DNA of 63,908 bases, counting the filler, from Octopus bimaculoides (Eukaryota), in NCBI RefSeq assembly GCF_001194135.2. It is 6 parts of 6 records of this genome, joined end to end, with 100 filler letters (N's around TTAATTAATTAA, not from the genome) between each part and the next. Parts side by side here need not be neighbours in the genome. Positions count along the whole stretch, not along the records: positions 21,337 to 51,594 come from NC_069004.1; positions 51,695 to 57,226 come from NC_068999.1; positions 57,327 to 59,135 come from NC_068987.1; positions 59,236 to 62,541 come from NC_068986.1; positions 62,642 to 63,908 come from NC_068981.1; 1 more part is not named here. The stretch is one strand, 5' to 3'. Positions 50,600 through 62,874 of the stretch are shown in pieces. The first letter of the stretch is position 1. Every line of letters begins with the position of its first letter. The translations under genes and the position numbers were made by a program. Under the pieces are notes generated by a model. It did not search any database and was not told the origin of the DNA. It worked only from the letters and a program-made list of their open reading frames with translations.

Positions 50600-51115
50600 C
50601 TTTAGGGAGCTGAAATTGGAACTAATACAGTAGACAAAACAGAAGACTATGTTTCACTGAAGAGATGAAATAACACCGAAACATGTTGAGATTGTCGTCA
50701 CTCTCACCCACCTCCACTGCATTCTGTTTATATTTAATTTGGATTTTAGAACTGATTGCCATGCTTTTCAAAATCATGCTTTTTAAAATCATAATTAAAT
50801 ATCAAGAATACGATCTCATTTTCCTCCCGATAAGTGGGTAGAAAATAATTGCTTAAGCATTTGTGAGGAGCTGACAACAATACTCAGTGTACAAAGCAGA
50901 AAACTGTTTCATTGAAGAGACAAAATAACATCAAAACATGTCAACGTTGTTCCCACTCACTTTCTTCCCTCCACAGCGTTCTATTTATATTTAATTTGAA
51001 TTTTAGAATTATCTCACATTCCATTCTTAATCATAATTATATATTAATCTTATGATCTCATTTTTCCGCGTTCAAGAAGAGTAGAGTTTCTTAAGCATTT
51101 ATAAGGAAATGACAC
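50600..51115 (+). repeat. Two tandem units of about 255 bp, each with a hammerhead-ribozyme-like core
   Basis: Cores start at 50657 (CTGAAGA-GATG-aaataa-CACC-GAAA-CATGTT) and 50912 (TTGAAGA-GACA-aaataa-CATC-AAAA-CATGTC); flanking sequence aligns between the units. Confidence 0.75.
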
Positions 51116-51594
51116 CTTTAAGCGTGTTATCCCTCGCTCCCCAGTTAACCATAAGTTATCAAAAGTCAAGTGCACACAATCGCTTTGTCAAGAAGTAATG
51201 AACGATTCATTGGCCTTGCTAAGCCTCTTCCTTTATTTCATAAATACAACAAGGCCGTTGTTATAAAAATAAAACCGGCAGGCTTAACAATATATAGACA
51301 TAGAGAGAAATATGTACATGCATATTAAAATATTATTGATTAGAAGTTAAGGCACATTAGTGACTCAGAGGCTTAGAGTTTTGTGCCAAAGCGCTTGTCA
51401 AATTGGTTTGATAAGTATTTTGGCAAGATATCTCAGACTTTTGAATTACTTATATAGCCTTCACAGCTATTAATGTATACATACATACGTACATGCGCAC
51501 ATACACACATATGTGTGTGTGCATATGTGTATGTATGTGTGTATGTATGTATGTATATGTATGTATGTATATATATATAAATATATATATATAT

Positions 51595-51694
51595 NNNNNN
51601 NNNNNNNNNNNNNNNNNNNNNNNNNNNNNNNNNNNNNNTTAATTAATTAANNNNNNNNNNNNNNNNNNNNNNNNNNNNNNNNNNNNNNNNNNNN
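51595..51694. other. Artificial assembly spacer N44-TTAATTAATTAA-N44
   Basis: Read directly. Confidence 0.9.
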
Positions 51695-51704
51695 TATATA
51701 TATG

Positions 51705-51773
<69 letters not shown>

Positions 51774-51943
51774 CACTCATACATATGTACATGCACAATG
51801 TACATGCATACATGCATATATGCATTTGCATATCGATATGCATACGCATATATACTTACACACATATTCATACATACAAGCATATATACGTACATAAATA
51901 TACCAATACCTACACATACATACAGACACAGACATACAGATAT

Positions 51944-51974
<31 letters not shown>

Positions 51975-53184
51975 CTCGTTCAGAAGATGTGTCCGGGAAG
52001 GTCTAGAAACATTTGTAACGGATTCGTTGCACTCGAATGCAAACTGATTCGTCTACCTGCCGTAGCGGTGGACCTTTAAAATATGTAAATATGATCATAC
52101 CTGTAGTTATATGATGCCTCATAGGTGTGAATGAAATTATAAAAGGATGAGGAGGAGGAGGGGAGATCATTACCTCCTCACATGCTTAAAGAAGAATAAA
52201 CTCATGAAAAAATTAAAAAGAAAACGAATGAAACTTTGAAAACCGATTGGTAACTTTATGTTCAACCGATACAGTGTAACTTTATCGGCGATCGTGTCGG
52301 GAGATGAACCGCAAAATATTTTCAGACTTCCTAGGAAAGAGGACTGTTGAGATATAAACGAGAAAGGAGTGTAACACTTGTTTCGTTATAGAAATGGTAA
52401 TGTAGCACCTCCGCCATGTAATTAAATGCGTACGCGTGAGAGAGAAAAGGAGAGAGGAGAGAGAGTGTGTGTATGTACATGCACACACTTTGCACTCACT
52501 TACACACGCATACACATATACATGCACATGTATATTTGTATGGGTATATACATGTATGTGTGTATATATATATATATATATNNNNNNNNNNNNNNNNNNN
52601 NNNNNNNNNNNNNNNNNNNNNNNNNNNNNNNNNNNNNNNNNNNNNNNNNNNNNNNNNNNNNNNNNNNNNNNNNNNNNNNNNNNNNNNNNNNNNNNNNNNN
52701 NNNNNNNNNNNNNNNNNNNNNNNNNNNNNNNNNNNNNNNNNNNNNNNNNNNNNNNNNNNNNNNNNNNNNNNNNNNNNNNNNNNNNNNNNNNNNNNNNNNN
52801 NNNNNNNNNNNNNNNNNNNNNNNNNNNNNNNNNNNNNNNNNNNNNNNNNNNNNNNNNNNNNNNNNNNNNNNNNNNNNNNNNNNNNNNNNNNNNNNNNNNN
52901 NNNNNNNNNNNNNNNNNNNNNNNNNNNNNNNNNNNNNNNNNNNNNNNNNNNNNNNNNNNNNNNNNNNNNNNNNNNNNNNNNNNNNNNNNNNNNNNNNNNN
53001 NNNNNNNNNNNNNNNNNNNNNNNNNNNNNNNNNNNNNNNNNNNNNNNNNNNNNNNNNNNNNNNNNNNNNNNNNNNNNNNNNNNNNNNNNNNNNNNNNNNN
53101 NNNNNNNNNNNNNNNNNNNNNNNNNNNNNNNNNNNNNNNNNNNNNNNNNNNNNNNNNNNNNNNNNNNNNNNNNNNNNNNNNNNN

Positions 53185-53248
<64 letters not shown>

Positions 53249-53529
53249 GTGTGTGGAGATAAAATAAATATTTGCCTGAAGAAATATCTTCGCTGATATC
53301 AGAATGGCTGGTATTTCGAGATACGATGTTATGTTGGGGAATAATGCAGCAGCGGGAATTGTGGGATAGATTTGGTATGGTGATGTGTATATAGTGTGGT
53401 AGCCGTGGTGGTGGTGGTGGTGGTGTGGATATAGTATAGTGAGGGGTGGGGTGCACATAAGAACAAGGAACCTTTTTGGTTCCAACACTTTATTTACGTT
53501 ATTGCCTAGTTTTGGTTATTTCGTTCTAT

Positions 53530-53535
53530 CTTGTG

Positions 53536-53576
<41 letters not shown>

Positions 53577-53591
53577 TGCAGCAGTAGCAGC

Positions 53592-53642
<51 letters not shown>

Positions 53643-53643
53643 T

Positions 53644-53680
<37 letters not shown>

Positions 53681-53689
53681 TAGCAGTTA

Positions 53690-53724
<35 letters not shown>

Positions 53725-53790
53725 ATAGCAGCGGCAGCAGCAATAGTGGTAGTAGTGGTAGTAGTAGCAGCAGCAGCAGTTATAGTAGTA
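53530..53790 (+). repeat. (GTA/GCA)n microsatellite
   Basis: Read directly. Confidence 0.95.
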
Positions 53791-54007
53791 GTCGTGTGCT
53801 TTTTCTGTATTTTTACTGTTAATCATGGGAGATAACTCAGGTTATGTTTGAACCTTATGTTGGCTTTCTTAGCTGGAATGCTGCCTCAGGATAAATTTGC
53901 TAAATTGGTCGCGAATATTAAAACTGAAATAGATATTTTCTGGCCTCGAAGGAACTGAATGCATTGTTCATACACGAAGGAACCTAGGGACGTCATCTGG
54001 TCACTGT

Positions 54008-54250
54008 ATCACGCTATCTCTGTATCGATCAGACGATCGGATGTTGTACACCGCTGATCACAATGTGCTTCCTTACATTCTCGTAGCCACCCCCACAGGC
54101 TTGGCAGGCCAATATTCACCCTGGACGGAACACGCCAGTCTGCCGAGTGGAGCGGCGTGAAATGTAATATTTCGCTTGTCTGGGAATCGAAACCACGATC
54201 TAGTAATCGTGAGGGCAACGCGCTAACCACTAAGCCATGCGTCTTCACAC
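54008..54250 (-). mobile_element. tRNA-derived SINE (family E)
   Basis: Minus strand has A-box tggcttagtggttagc and B-box gtttcgattcc, followed by a non-tRNA body. Confidence 0.7.
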
Positions 54251-55019
54251 CATCTCCATGAAAGCTAATGAGGTCAAACAGACGCGATGGAGCGGTAAAG
54301 TATTTAGTAATTTCTAGTACAGACATTTTACATCTGGTGTTCATTTGTCACTGGAATCTACTTTTTGTCATTTTCCGTTTAGGGGTCGATAAAATAAATA
54401 TTATTTAAGTATTCGGATCGATTAAATCGATGCCGCTTCTGTACAAGATGTGAACTGGTTGCAAAAATCAATCAACTCCACCTAGACTACAAACATTTCA
54501 AAAATGGTTAAAATTTGGAGTGTTCGATCGCAGATGTCAATCTTCGCCTAAAAAACAACAACTATGAAATAAAGTTTAATTTGTTTAGATAATTTTATAT
54601 TTTATGTTTATTGTATTATTTGGATAATGAAGAAAATAAAAACTAATATCATGAATTAATGTAAATGTATTGGTTTAGAGGTGATTATCTTCACCTATAC
54701 AACAGTATGCGTTGTATATGGTATTATAGTTTTGTAAGACAGTTTAGGCTCAGAAATTGGGATGCATCTTATACCCGGAGGCGTATTATACATGGCTTTT
54801 GTGGTAATGTATTGAAATGTTAAAACAAGGGGAAAAAATGGAGAAACAAATGATAATTATTTCTGAGTGGGAGAAATGAGATACATTTGAGTATAAACAA
54901 CTCCAGAAGGATGGAAAGTAAAACTGACCCCGCTGGGATTAGAACTCGGGATGTAAAGCACTGAAATTAACAACAACTACAACATCACCGTCACTATGAA
55001 GGACGTCTACACAAACTGT

Positions 55020-55215
55020 TAAAAACAGCAGCTAAATCTTCCTAAAATCATAACTTACTGTCCTAAAAAATATTGTTAAGAGCACATTGGATAAATGTAG
55101 TCCTGGATAGACTACGCCTGGAAAAGAAAGCATAGGACAAGAGGGTCACGACTAGAATGATTTTGATGAAGCTGACCAGGAGTTAAACTACAACAACAAT
55201 AACAACAACAACATC
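55020..55215 (+). mobile_element. SINE family F tail ending in (CAA)n
   Basis: cagcagctaaatcttcc...ggtcacgactagaatg...acaacaacaataacaacaac; similar to 25588. Confidence 0.55.
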
Positions 55216-55559
55216 GACAACAGCAGGCTGTTGATGGTTTCTGATGTCGGTCGACACCGGTCGATGATGGTGTTACATAACAAGTCGTTATAATATCGGG
55301 TTTATGATAATGTTTGGTCGATAATGCACGGCGTGTGAATAATCTTTTGTTGTAAGTATTGTCTTTCGTTGTTGAAATGGTAGTTCATTGCTAAGCGAGA
55401 TCGCTCCACACGGAACTTTAATGTTATTTACACGTTACTTATGTTATCTTATGTTATTTACACGTGCCAGAGACTGAGGTAGAATAGGAGAAAAATCTCT
55501 CGATAGACGGTACATGCAAACTCGGTTTCAGTTTTAGAATGTTGATACACCAGTAGCAT

Positions 55560-55885
55560 CGGTGGGGGTGGCTAGAGGGGCGCTTTTATGAGGATGACAC
55601 GTTTGGGTCTGGCGTACTTCCTCCCATATTGTACAACGACCTTTTTATCATTTCCCCTTCATCATTTTCATTTTCTCATTTCCAGTTTTGTTCCCGAAGT
55701 AATTGCTTTTTCGTTTTCCCTTCACACACTGTTTCTCCTACCATTTCTTGTTCAGGTATCAAGCTCACTCGGTCCTGCGTCCCTTATCGGTTGCAGCCGG
55801 TTTTTTTCTTTTCAAATTTTCCCTGAAGAAGGACTTTATCCGAAACGTTGGGCTTTTTTTCCGTTCATCACAGTAAGTTCGCTGT
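55560..55885 (+). mobile_element. Penelope-like terminal region with hammerhead core
   Basis: TCC-CTGAAGA-A-GGA(cttta)TCC-GAAA-CGTT-GGG at 55820-55852, preceded by a pyrimidine-rich tract. Confidence 0.6.
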
Positions 55886-55955
55886 AATATCTTTATCGAT
55901 TTTACTGCATAATATAAGCCTTGCTGACTCAGACCAACACCAACCGCTTTACTTT

Positions 55956-56241
55956 GTGGTTCGGGTGTTGCACTCAGGATCGCAGGATCGTGGTTTCAAT
56001 TCCTAGACCGGGTCTTGCATTGTGTTCTTGAATAAAACACTTTATCTTATGTTGCTCTGCGATCACTTTGACGTCTGGCAAGTGTGGTACACCTTGTACC
56101 TGTTCAGGTAACTTCGATTTGATGGAGGGAGTGGAGTGGACTAACGCACAGCACATGCATTTGATTACAATAAACAAATCATTTGTGCAGTTCAGTCGGC
56201 AAAAGCTGAACACTCATATGTCACCTGCAGAAGAGTCCATT

Positions 56242-56245
<4 letters not shown>
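55956..56245 (+). mobile_element. tRNA-derived SINE (family D)
   Basis: ggttcgggtgttgcactca...gtttcaattcctagacc head plus ttgtgttcttgaataaaacacttt; a similar head occurs at about 31000-31055. Confidence 0.6.
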
Positions 56246-56296
<51 letters not shown>

Positions 56297-56982
56297 NNNN
56301 NNNNNNNNNNNNNNNNNNNNNNNNNNNNNNNNNNNNNNNNNNNNNNNNNNNNNNNNNNNNNNNNNNNNNNNNNNNNNNNNNNNNNNNNNNNNNNNNNNNN
56401 NNNNNNNNNNNNNNNNNNNNNNNNNNNNNNNNNNNNNNNNNNNNNNNNNNNNNNNNNNNNNNNNNNNNNNNNNNNNNNNNNNNNNNNNNNNNNNNNNNNN
56501 NNNNNNNNNNNNNNNNNNNNNNNNNNNNNNNNNNNNNNNNNNNNNNNNNNNNNNNNNNNNNNNNNNNNNNNNNNNNNNNNNNNNNNNNNNNNNNNNNNNN
56601 NNNNNNNNNNNNNNNNNNNNNNNNNNNNNNNNNNNNNNNNNNNNNNNNNNNNNNNNNNNNNNNNNNNNNNNNNNNNNNNNNNNNNNNNNNNNNNNNNNNN
56701 NNNNNNNNNNNNNNNNNNNNNNNNNNNNNNNNNNNNNNNNNNNNNNNNNNNNNNNNNNNNNNNNNNNNNNNNNNNNNNNNNNNNNNNNNNNNNNNNNNNN
56801 NNNNNNNNNNNNNNNNNNNNNNNNNNNNNNNNNNNNNNNNNNNNNNNNNNNNNNNNNNNNNNNNNNNNNNNNNNNNNNNNNNNNNNNNNNNNNNNNNNNN
56901 NNNNNNNNNNNNNNNNNNNNNNNNNNNNNNNNNNNNNNNNNNNNNNNNNNNNNNNNNNNNNNNNNNNNNNNNNNNNNNNNNN

Positions 56983-57015
<33 letters not shown>

Positions 57016-57160
57016 GCACACTGACATACATATATGTATGTATATATATGTATATATGTATGTATATATATGTATATATGTATGTATATATGAGCATATG
57101 TATGTATACATATTTGTATATATGCACATGTATATACATTATATAATATATCATATGTAT

Positions 57161-57226
<66 letters not shown>

Positions 57227-57326
57227 NNNNNNNNNNNNNNNNNNNNNNNNNNNNNNNNNNNNNNNNNNNNTTAATTAATTAANNNNNNNNNNNNNNNNNN
57301 NNNNNNNNNNNNNNNNNNNNNNNNNN
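57227..57326. other. Artificial assembly spacer N44-TTAATTAATTAA-N44
   Basis: Read directly. Confidence 0.9.
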
Positions 57327-58075
57327 CCAGTCCCTTCGAACGTCTCAAACGCCACAGATTGAAAGACTGTCAGATCCCGATACTTCAGGGTTTTCTTCCG
57401 TTCGGCTGCGGAAGCAATCACCCCTCCCCCATTAACAGCAGCAACCAGGATGTGGGAGGAAGCAAAGGAGTCGCAGACTGTGGCATCTCAAATGAGGCAC
57501 CTACCTCTAAACCAGGGACAAAGAGCAAGACCATCTGGTCTCTTGCCATCACTTCTGGATAACCCCGACGGCTGCAGAACTGAGGGGATATTAATCCGAG
57601 CCAGGGCCCACTTCGTGATTAGGTTTATCTCGTTGTAACAAGCGAAGTGACCAGCATTTAGTGGGCAAGACAGGTCGTGAAGACTTGTAGGTTCGAGACG
57701 CCTACATAGACGTCCTCTATAGACGTCAGCTCCCACTCTGAGTGCGATGGAGATGCGGAGTTCATCTAGACTGAGCAGACCTCCAATGTTGGCCACAACC
57801 AGGGCATCAATCCAATCCCCTGAGAATTTTCCACTAGCTGAAAGTAGGCGACATCTTGAAAATCGATCAGATTGATCAAGGAGAGAGCCGGAGTGACACC
57901 TGAATGCAGATTGTCCCATACTCTCTGTTTCCGTCTATCCTTTACTACAACCGGAACTGACAAACCCAGCTCCCTCCACTGTGATAGAGTTTCAACCATC
58001 ACCCTGTTGGAATTAGTCCATGTTGGAGAGGAGAGGATGTTGCCAACCAAAGGAGAGCAAGCGTGGACGGAGGAA
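57327..58075 (-). mobile_element. CRE-clade-like non-LTR retrotransposon, C-terminal endonuclease region (pseudogenised)
   Basis: QRVWD...LRISIALRVG...LSC...[41 protein letters not shown]...AERKKTLKY...VAFETFEG; the W of WDAT is mutated to TGA. Confidence 0.85.
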
Positions 58076-58409
58076 AGAAAATAATGAAGAGACAGAGACG
58101 AGATCTTGCGCAGACATAGACCCCACCCCCAAACCGTTTGGTCAAAGCAGCTTGGTCGCTCGAGTCTGGGGAGAGTTTGACATTTTCCTTTCGATTTAGT
58201 TTCATATATTTTATGTGGTAAATGGAGTTACCTTAACTCTTCATGGAGTCGTACAAGATCCGCGGCAACATACAGAGTATCTTAGCCATTTTAAACCTAG
58301 CAGAGTACATCTCTTTCCAGGTTTAAACACAACCGATTTCTTCCAGATAGAACATGCAAGAAACAGGAAGACTTTGAGAAAGTTATAAGAATAGATCCAA
58401 ATACTTCAT

Positions 58410-58500
58410 CTATCGAGCTAGAAAAGATGAAGGGCAAGGTTGATCTTGGCTGGATTTGAACTCAGAACAGAAAACCGGAACGAATACCACAAAACAATCT
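58410..58500 (-). mobile_element. Degenerate family B SINE fragment
   Basis: gatgaagggcaaggttgatc...gatttgaactcagaac. Confidence 0.55.
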
Positions 58501-58840
58501 CCGGTGCTTCTCTCTACCACGAGATGGCTGTATATACTATTATCCGATAAAATGTAATACTTTTATACTTACTACGCCGTATGCTAAAACTACTTCACAC
58601 AAAGAAATATTTGCATTACCTTTCCGAAATTAGTCTGTATATGTATATTATTGTTTTATTATTTGCATATTTATTGTTAATTCGTCCAGACAGGTTCTGA
58701 CACAAAATATTCCGCATATTCAGTGGTCGAGTCTGTCTAGACGTATTCAGAAAAAATATGCAAATAACCGTTCCAGATCTCACATTACGCGGTGCAATCA
58801 ACGATTCCATGTATTTGTATATATATATATATATATATCT

Positions 58841-59070
58841 TCTTTGGTTCTTTTCTTCGTTTACTTGTTTTAGTCAGTTGACAGCGGTCAAGCTGGAGCA
58901 CCGCCTCGAGGGGGGTTTTAGTCGAACAAATCGACCCCAGAACATATTTCTTTAAGCCTAATACTTATTCTATCGGTTTTATTTAGCCGAACCGCTAAGT
59001 TACGGGGACATAAACATGCCAACACCGATTGTCAAGCGGTGATGAACAGACAAACACAGACACAAAGACA
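58841..59070 (-). mobile_element. 3' half of SINE family A
   Basis: Reverse complement of the tail: gctggagcaccgcc...aatcgacccc...gaaccgctaagttacgggg...ttgtcaagcg. Confidence 0.85.
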
Positions 59071-59096
59071 CACATATATAAATATATATACGTATG

Positions 59097-59135
<39 letters not shown>

Positions 59136-59235
59136 NNNNNNNNNNNNNNNNNNNNNNNNNNNNNNNNNNNNNNNNNNNNTTAATTAATTAANNNNNNNNN
59201 NNNNNNNNNNNNNNNNNNNNNNNNNNNNNNNNNNN
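59136..59235. other. Artificial assembly spacer N44-TTAATTAATTAA-N44
   Basis: Read directly. Confidence 0.9.
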
Positions 59236-60937
59236 TATATATGCATATCCATATATACGTTCTTTGTATTTATGTATCTATGTTATATATATAGAGGAAA
59301 TACAAGGAGGAAATGAAGCAATACTAGCGAGATAGATAGATAGATAGATAGATACACACGTACGAAGGCACACACACACACACACACACATACATGCATA
59401 GAGTCCGACAAACAGACAGAGGGTGGGAGAGAAGAGGGGAAGGCTGAGATAGAAAAATAACATGTAATAAACGCTAAGTAAATATGGCGATGGTAAGTAA
59501 AGAGAAAATAGAAGGAAGAGGAAGGCTATTGAGAAAAGAGTATTAATACGATAGAGTAGGAAATAATGATAAAGTGTGATATTTAATGAATATGAACTGT
59601 GAAAATAGTGGGGGCCTTTATATGTCATTGCTGAAATTAAATAAATTTGACAAACTCTAACTTCAATAACAGCGAATTAAAGATAGAGGCCCAAAAAATA
59701 TACATATAACGTGCCTGAGAATAAATGGATTGGTTGTATGTATGTATGTATGTATGTATGTATGTATGTATGTATGTATGTATGTGTGTGTGTGTGTGTG
59801 TATGTATGTATGATTATAAGTATGCTTAGGTGGTTATTAAAGAGAAAGGGTGCGAGGAAATATATGCGTGTGTACATATGTATAAATACATATACGTACG
59901 TAGATATATGGATGTATATATTGTGTATATATATGTATATGTATGCATGTATATATATACACACACACACACTATATATATATATATATATNNNNNNNNN
60001 NNNNNNNNNNNNNNNNNNNNNNNNNNNNNNNNNNNNNNNNNNNNNNNNNNNNNNNNNNNNNNNNNNNNNNNNNNNNNNNNNNNNNNNNNNNNNNNNNNNN
60101 NNNNNNNNNNNNNNNNNNNNNNNNNNNNNNNNNNNNNNNNNNNNNNNNNNNNNNNNNNNNNNNNNNNNNNNNNNNNNNNNNNNNNNNNNNNNNNNNNNNN
60201 NNNNNNNNNNNNNNNNNNNNNNNNNNNNNNNNNNNNNNNNNNNNNNNNNNNNNNNNNNNNNNNNNNNNNNNNNNNNNNNNNNNNNNNNNNNNNNNNNNNN
60301 NNNNNNNNNNNNNNNNNNNNNNNNNNNNNNNNNNNNNNNNNNNNNNNNNNNNNNNNNNNNNNNNNNNNNNNNNNNNNNNNNNNNNNNNNNNNNNNNNNNN
60401 NNNNNNNNNNNNNNNNNNNNNNNNNNNNNNNNNNNNNNNNNNNNNNNNNNNNNNNNNNNNNNNNNNNNNNNNNNNNNNNNNNNNNNNNNNNNNNNNNNNN
60501 NNNNNNNNNNNNNNNNNNNNNNNNNNNNNNNNNNNNNNNNNNNNNNNNNNNNNNNNNNNNNNNNNNNNNNNNNNNNNNNNNNNNNNNNNNNNNNNNNNNN
60601 NNNNNNNNNNNNNNNNNNNNNNNNNNNNNNNNNNNNNNNNNNNNNNNNNNNNNNNNNNNNNNNNNNNNNNNNNNNNNNNNNNNNNNNNNNNNNNNNNNNN
60701 NNNNNNNNNNNNNNNNNNNNNNNNNNNNNNNNNNNNNNNNNNNNNNNNNNNNNNNNNNNNNNNNNNNNNNNNNNNNNNNNNNNNNNNNNNNNNNNNNNNN
60801 NNNNNNNNNNNNNNNNNNNNNNNNNNNNNNNNNNNNNNNNNNNNNNNNNNNNNNNNNNNNNNNNNNNNNNNNNNNNNNNNNNNNNNNNNNNNNNNNNNNN
60901 NNNNNNNNNNNNNNNNNNNNNNNNNNNNNNNNNNNNN

Positions 60938-61001
<64 letters not shown>

Positions 61002-62006
61002 ATATACACACATACAAACAAACATATTTATAGATACATGTATATACATATATAGATATGTGTTTATATATATTAATGTATCTGTGCATATATTATGTAT
61101 ATAGATTTATGTATTTCACATACACCAACCCACACACACATATGAACGAATATAATACGAGCGCGTATATACACATTCAAGTTTATACATTCATATAAAT
61201 ATACATGTGCAATTACTTGTACATCACATACGCAATACGTTTGCCAGTGTTTAAATCTATGTATCTTTTGTGGTATCGTGTTTATAGAAGATCCTGTACG
61301 TGTGCGCGCGTGTTGTAACAAGAAATTTTTTGATTCATCTAATCGAAGCATTTATTTAATGAGAGCCCAATGTATATGTAAAATAAATCAATTGATAAAA
61401 TTAATCTCGAAAGTACCCATATAGATAATATATGCGTATGTCTACATTGAACAGTCTACTCCTTGAGGTTTAGATGTTCCTGCGACTGCTAGTTTCTTCA
61501 TCTCGTGTTGAAACCTTACTATAAATTGTAGTTGGACACGAGGAGTGGGGTGCAACGTTTTGTGGAAAGAACGACGTGAATACATTATGACCACTGTAAA
61601 AATCCTATTTAACCAACCGAGGTAGTGAAAATGACTCCAGAGTGCTCTACTAGGTTAAATAGTAAGTGTTGTTGAAAGCTCGTTATTAATTGTACATCAG
61701 TAACGTAGAAAGTATATGTTTATGTTCTTATTCAACCTACAATGATTTTTGCTATTGTTAAGATAATACATAAAGTTTCATTTGCGAATAATTGTTGAAT
61801 CAAGTGTATACAAATTAGGCTTATGCAAAGTAGCTGATATATATATTCTTGACTTGGGAAGCCAGCCGCATCTTCTCTCTTTTTACCGCACATCAATAGC
61901 ACAAAGACAATGTGTTAATATTCATAAAACACTTAAGGTGAATCTTTCTGATGTTTGAATACATTTTATATTCTGATTTACGCTGTGCTGTGCAAGATTA
62001 TAATTA

Positions 62007-62541
62007 GATCGGAACAAGTGAAGAGGTGCTATTAGGACTGGTTGCAATGCCTGGGAAGAGAAGATGATTCAGCACTCTGATCTTAAAATGGCCTGTCGCA
62101 AAGGAACAATTGGAACAATAATCAACAGTGACCATTGGATATGTATTATGTGTGATCAAAAGCAGGATACTTGAATCATATGAAGTCACATGAAAATCGA
62201 AATGCCCAAATAGGTAATGATCTTGGACACCAACCGCCTCTTACAACTTGTGTCATGCATCAAAAACCTTGTATGACAATATCTGGACTTAAAAGACATA
62301 TGGTAGTTCACAATAACATTCCTTCAGAATCAGCTTCCAAAGGGCAAAGATATAGAAGAAACTTCAATAATATCTGTCACTTGTGTTTTAAACCCTTTCA
62401 GTCAGCAGCTGATCGTAAAAGCCAACTGAGGGCTGCTCGTCAACGGATGATTGTGCTGTGTGATGGGGTGTGGTGTGTGTGTTGATAGAACAGCTATCAT
62501 CTGTCAAGATGAAGCAATCATCATACACACACACACACACA
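62007..62541 (+). mobile_element. RTE-like LINE 3' end encoding three decayed C2H2 fingers, with (CA)n tail
   Basis: DRNK*RGAIRTGCNAWEEK...LK..RK, then CIMCDQK/AGYLNHMKSH, CVMHQKPCMTISGLKRHMVVH and CHLCFKPFQSAADRKSQLRA; ends caatcatcat followed by (AC)n. Confidence 0.75.
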
Positions 62542-62641
62542 NNNNNNNNNNNNNNNNNNNNNNNNNNNNNNNNNNNNNNNNNNNNTTAATTAATTAANNN
62601 NNNNNNNNNNNNNNNNNNNNNNNNNNNNNNNNNNNNNNNNN
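62542..62641. other. Artificial assembly spacer N44-TTAATTAATTAA-N44
   Basis: Read directly. Confidence 0.9.
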
Positions 62642-62834
62642 TATATATATGCATGTATATATATATATATATATATAAACATTAGTAATAGTAAAGAATA
62701 TGGATATTTTGTACATTCACAAAATTCATTTTATAATTATGCACTAATTGTTGTGGTTAGCTGTCAACTGAAACTCAACCGAGAGCTAACATGTTGTCCA
62801 CCCGGGTAACATATCCCTCAAAAAAACTCACTTT

Positions 62835-62874
<40 letters not shown>

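Noticed and set aside
54170-54250. tRNA gene (and similar heads at about 23000, 31000, 32310 and 55960)
   Set aside because: A/B boxes are present, but there is no complete cloverleaf and the sequence continues into SINE bodies.
19873-61104. Many ORFs of 200-470 aa in the track
   Set aside because: They run through N gaps and dinucleotide repeats (poly-X, YI, CV, HT); not coding evidence.
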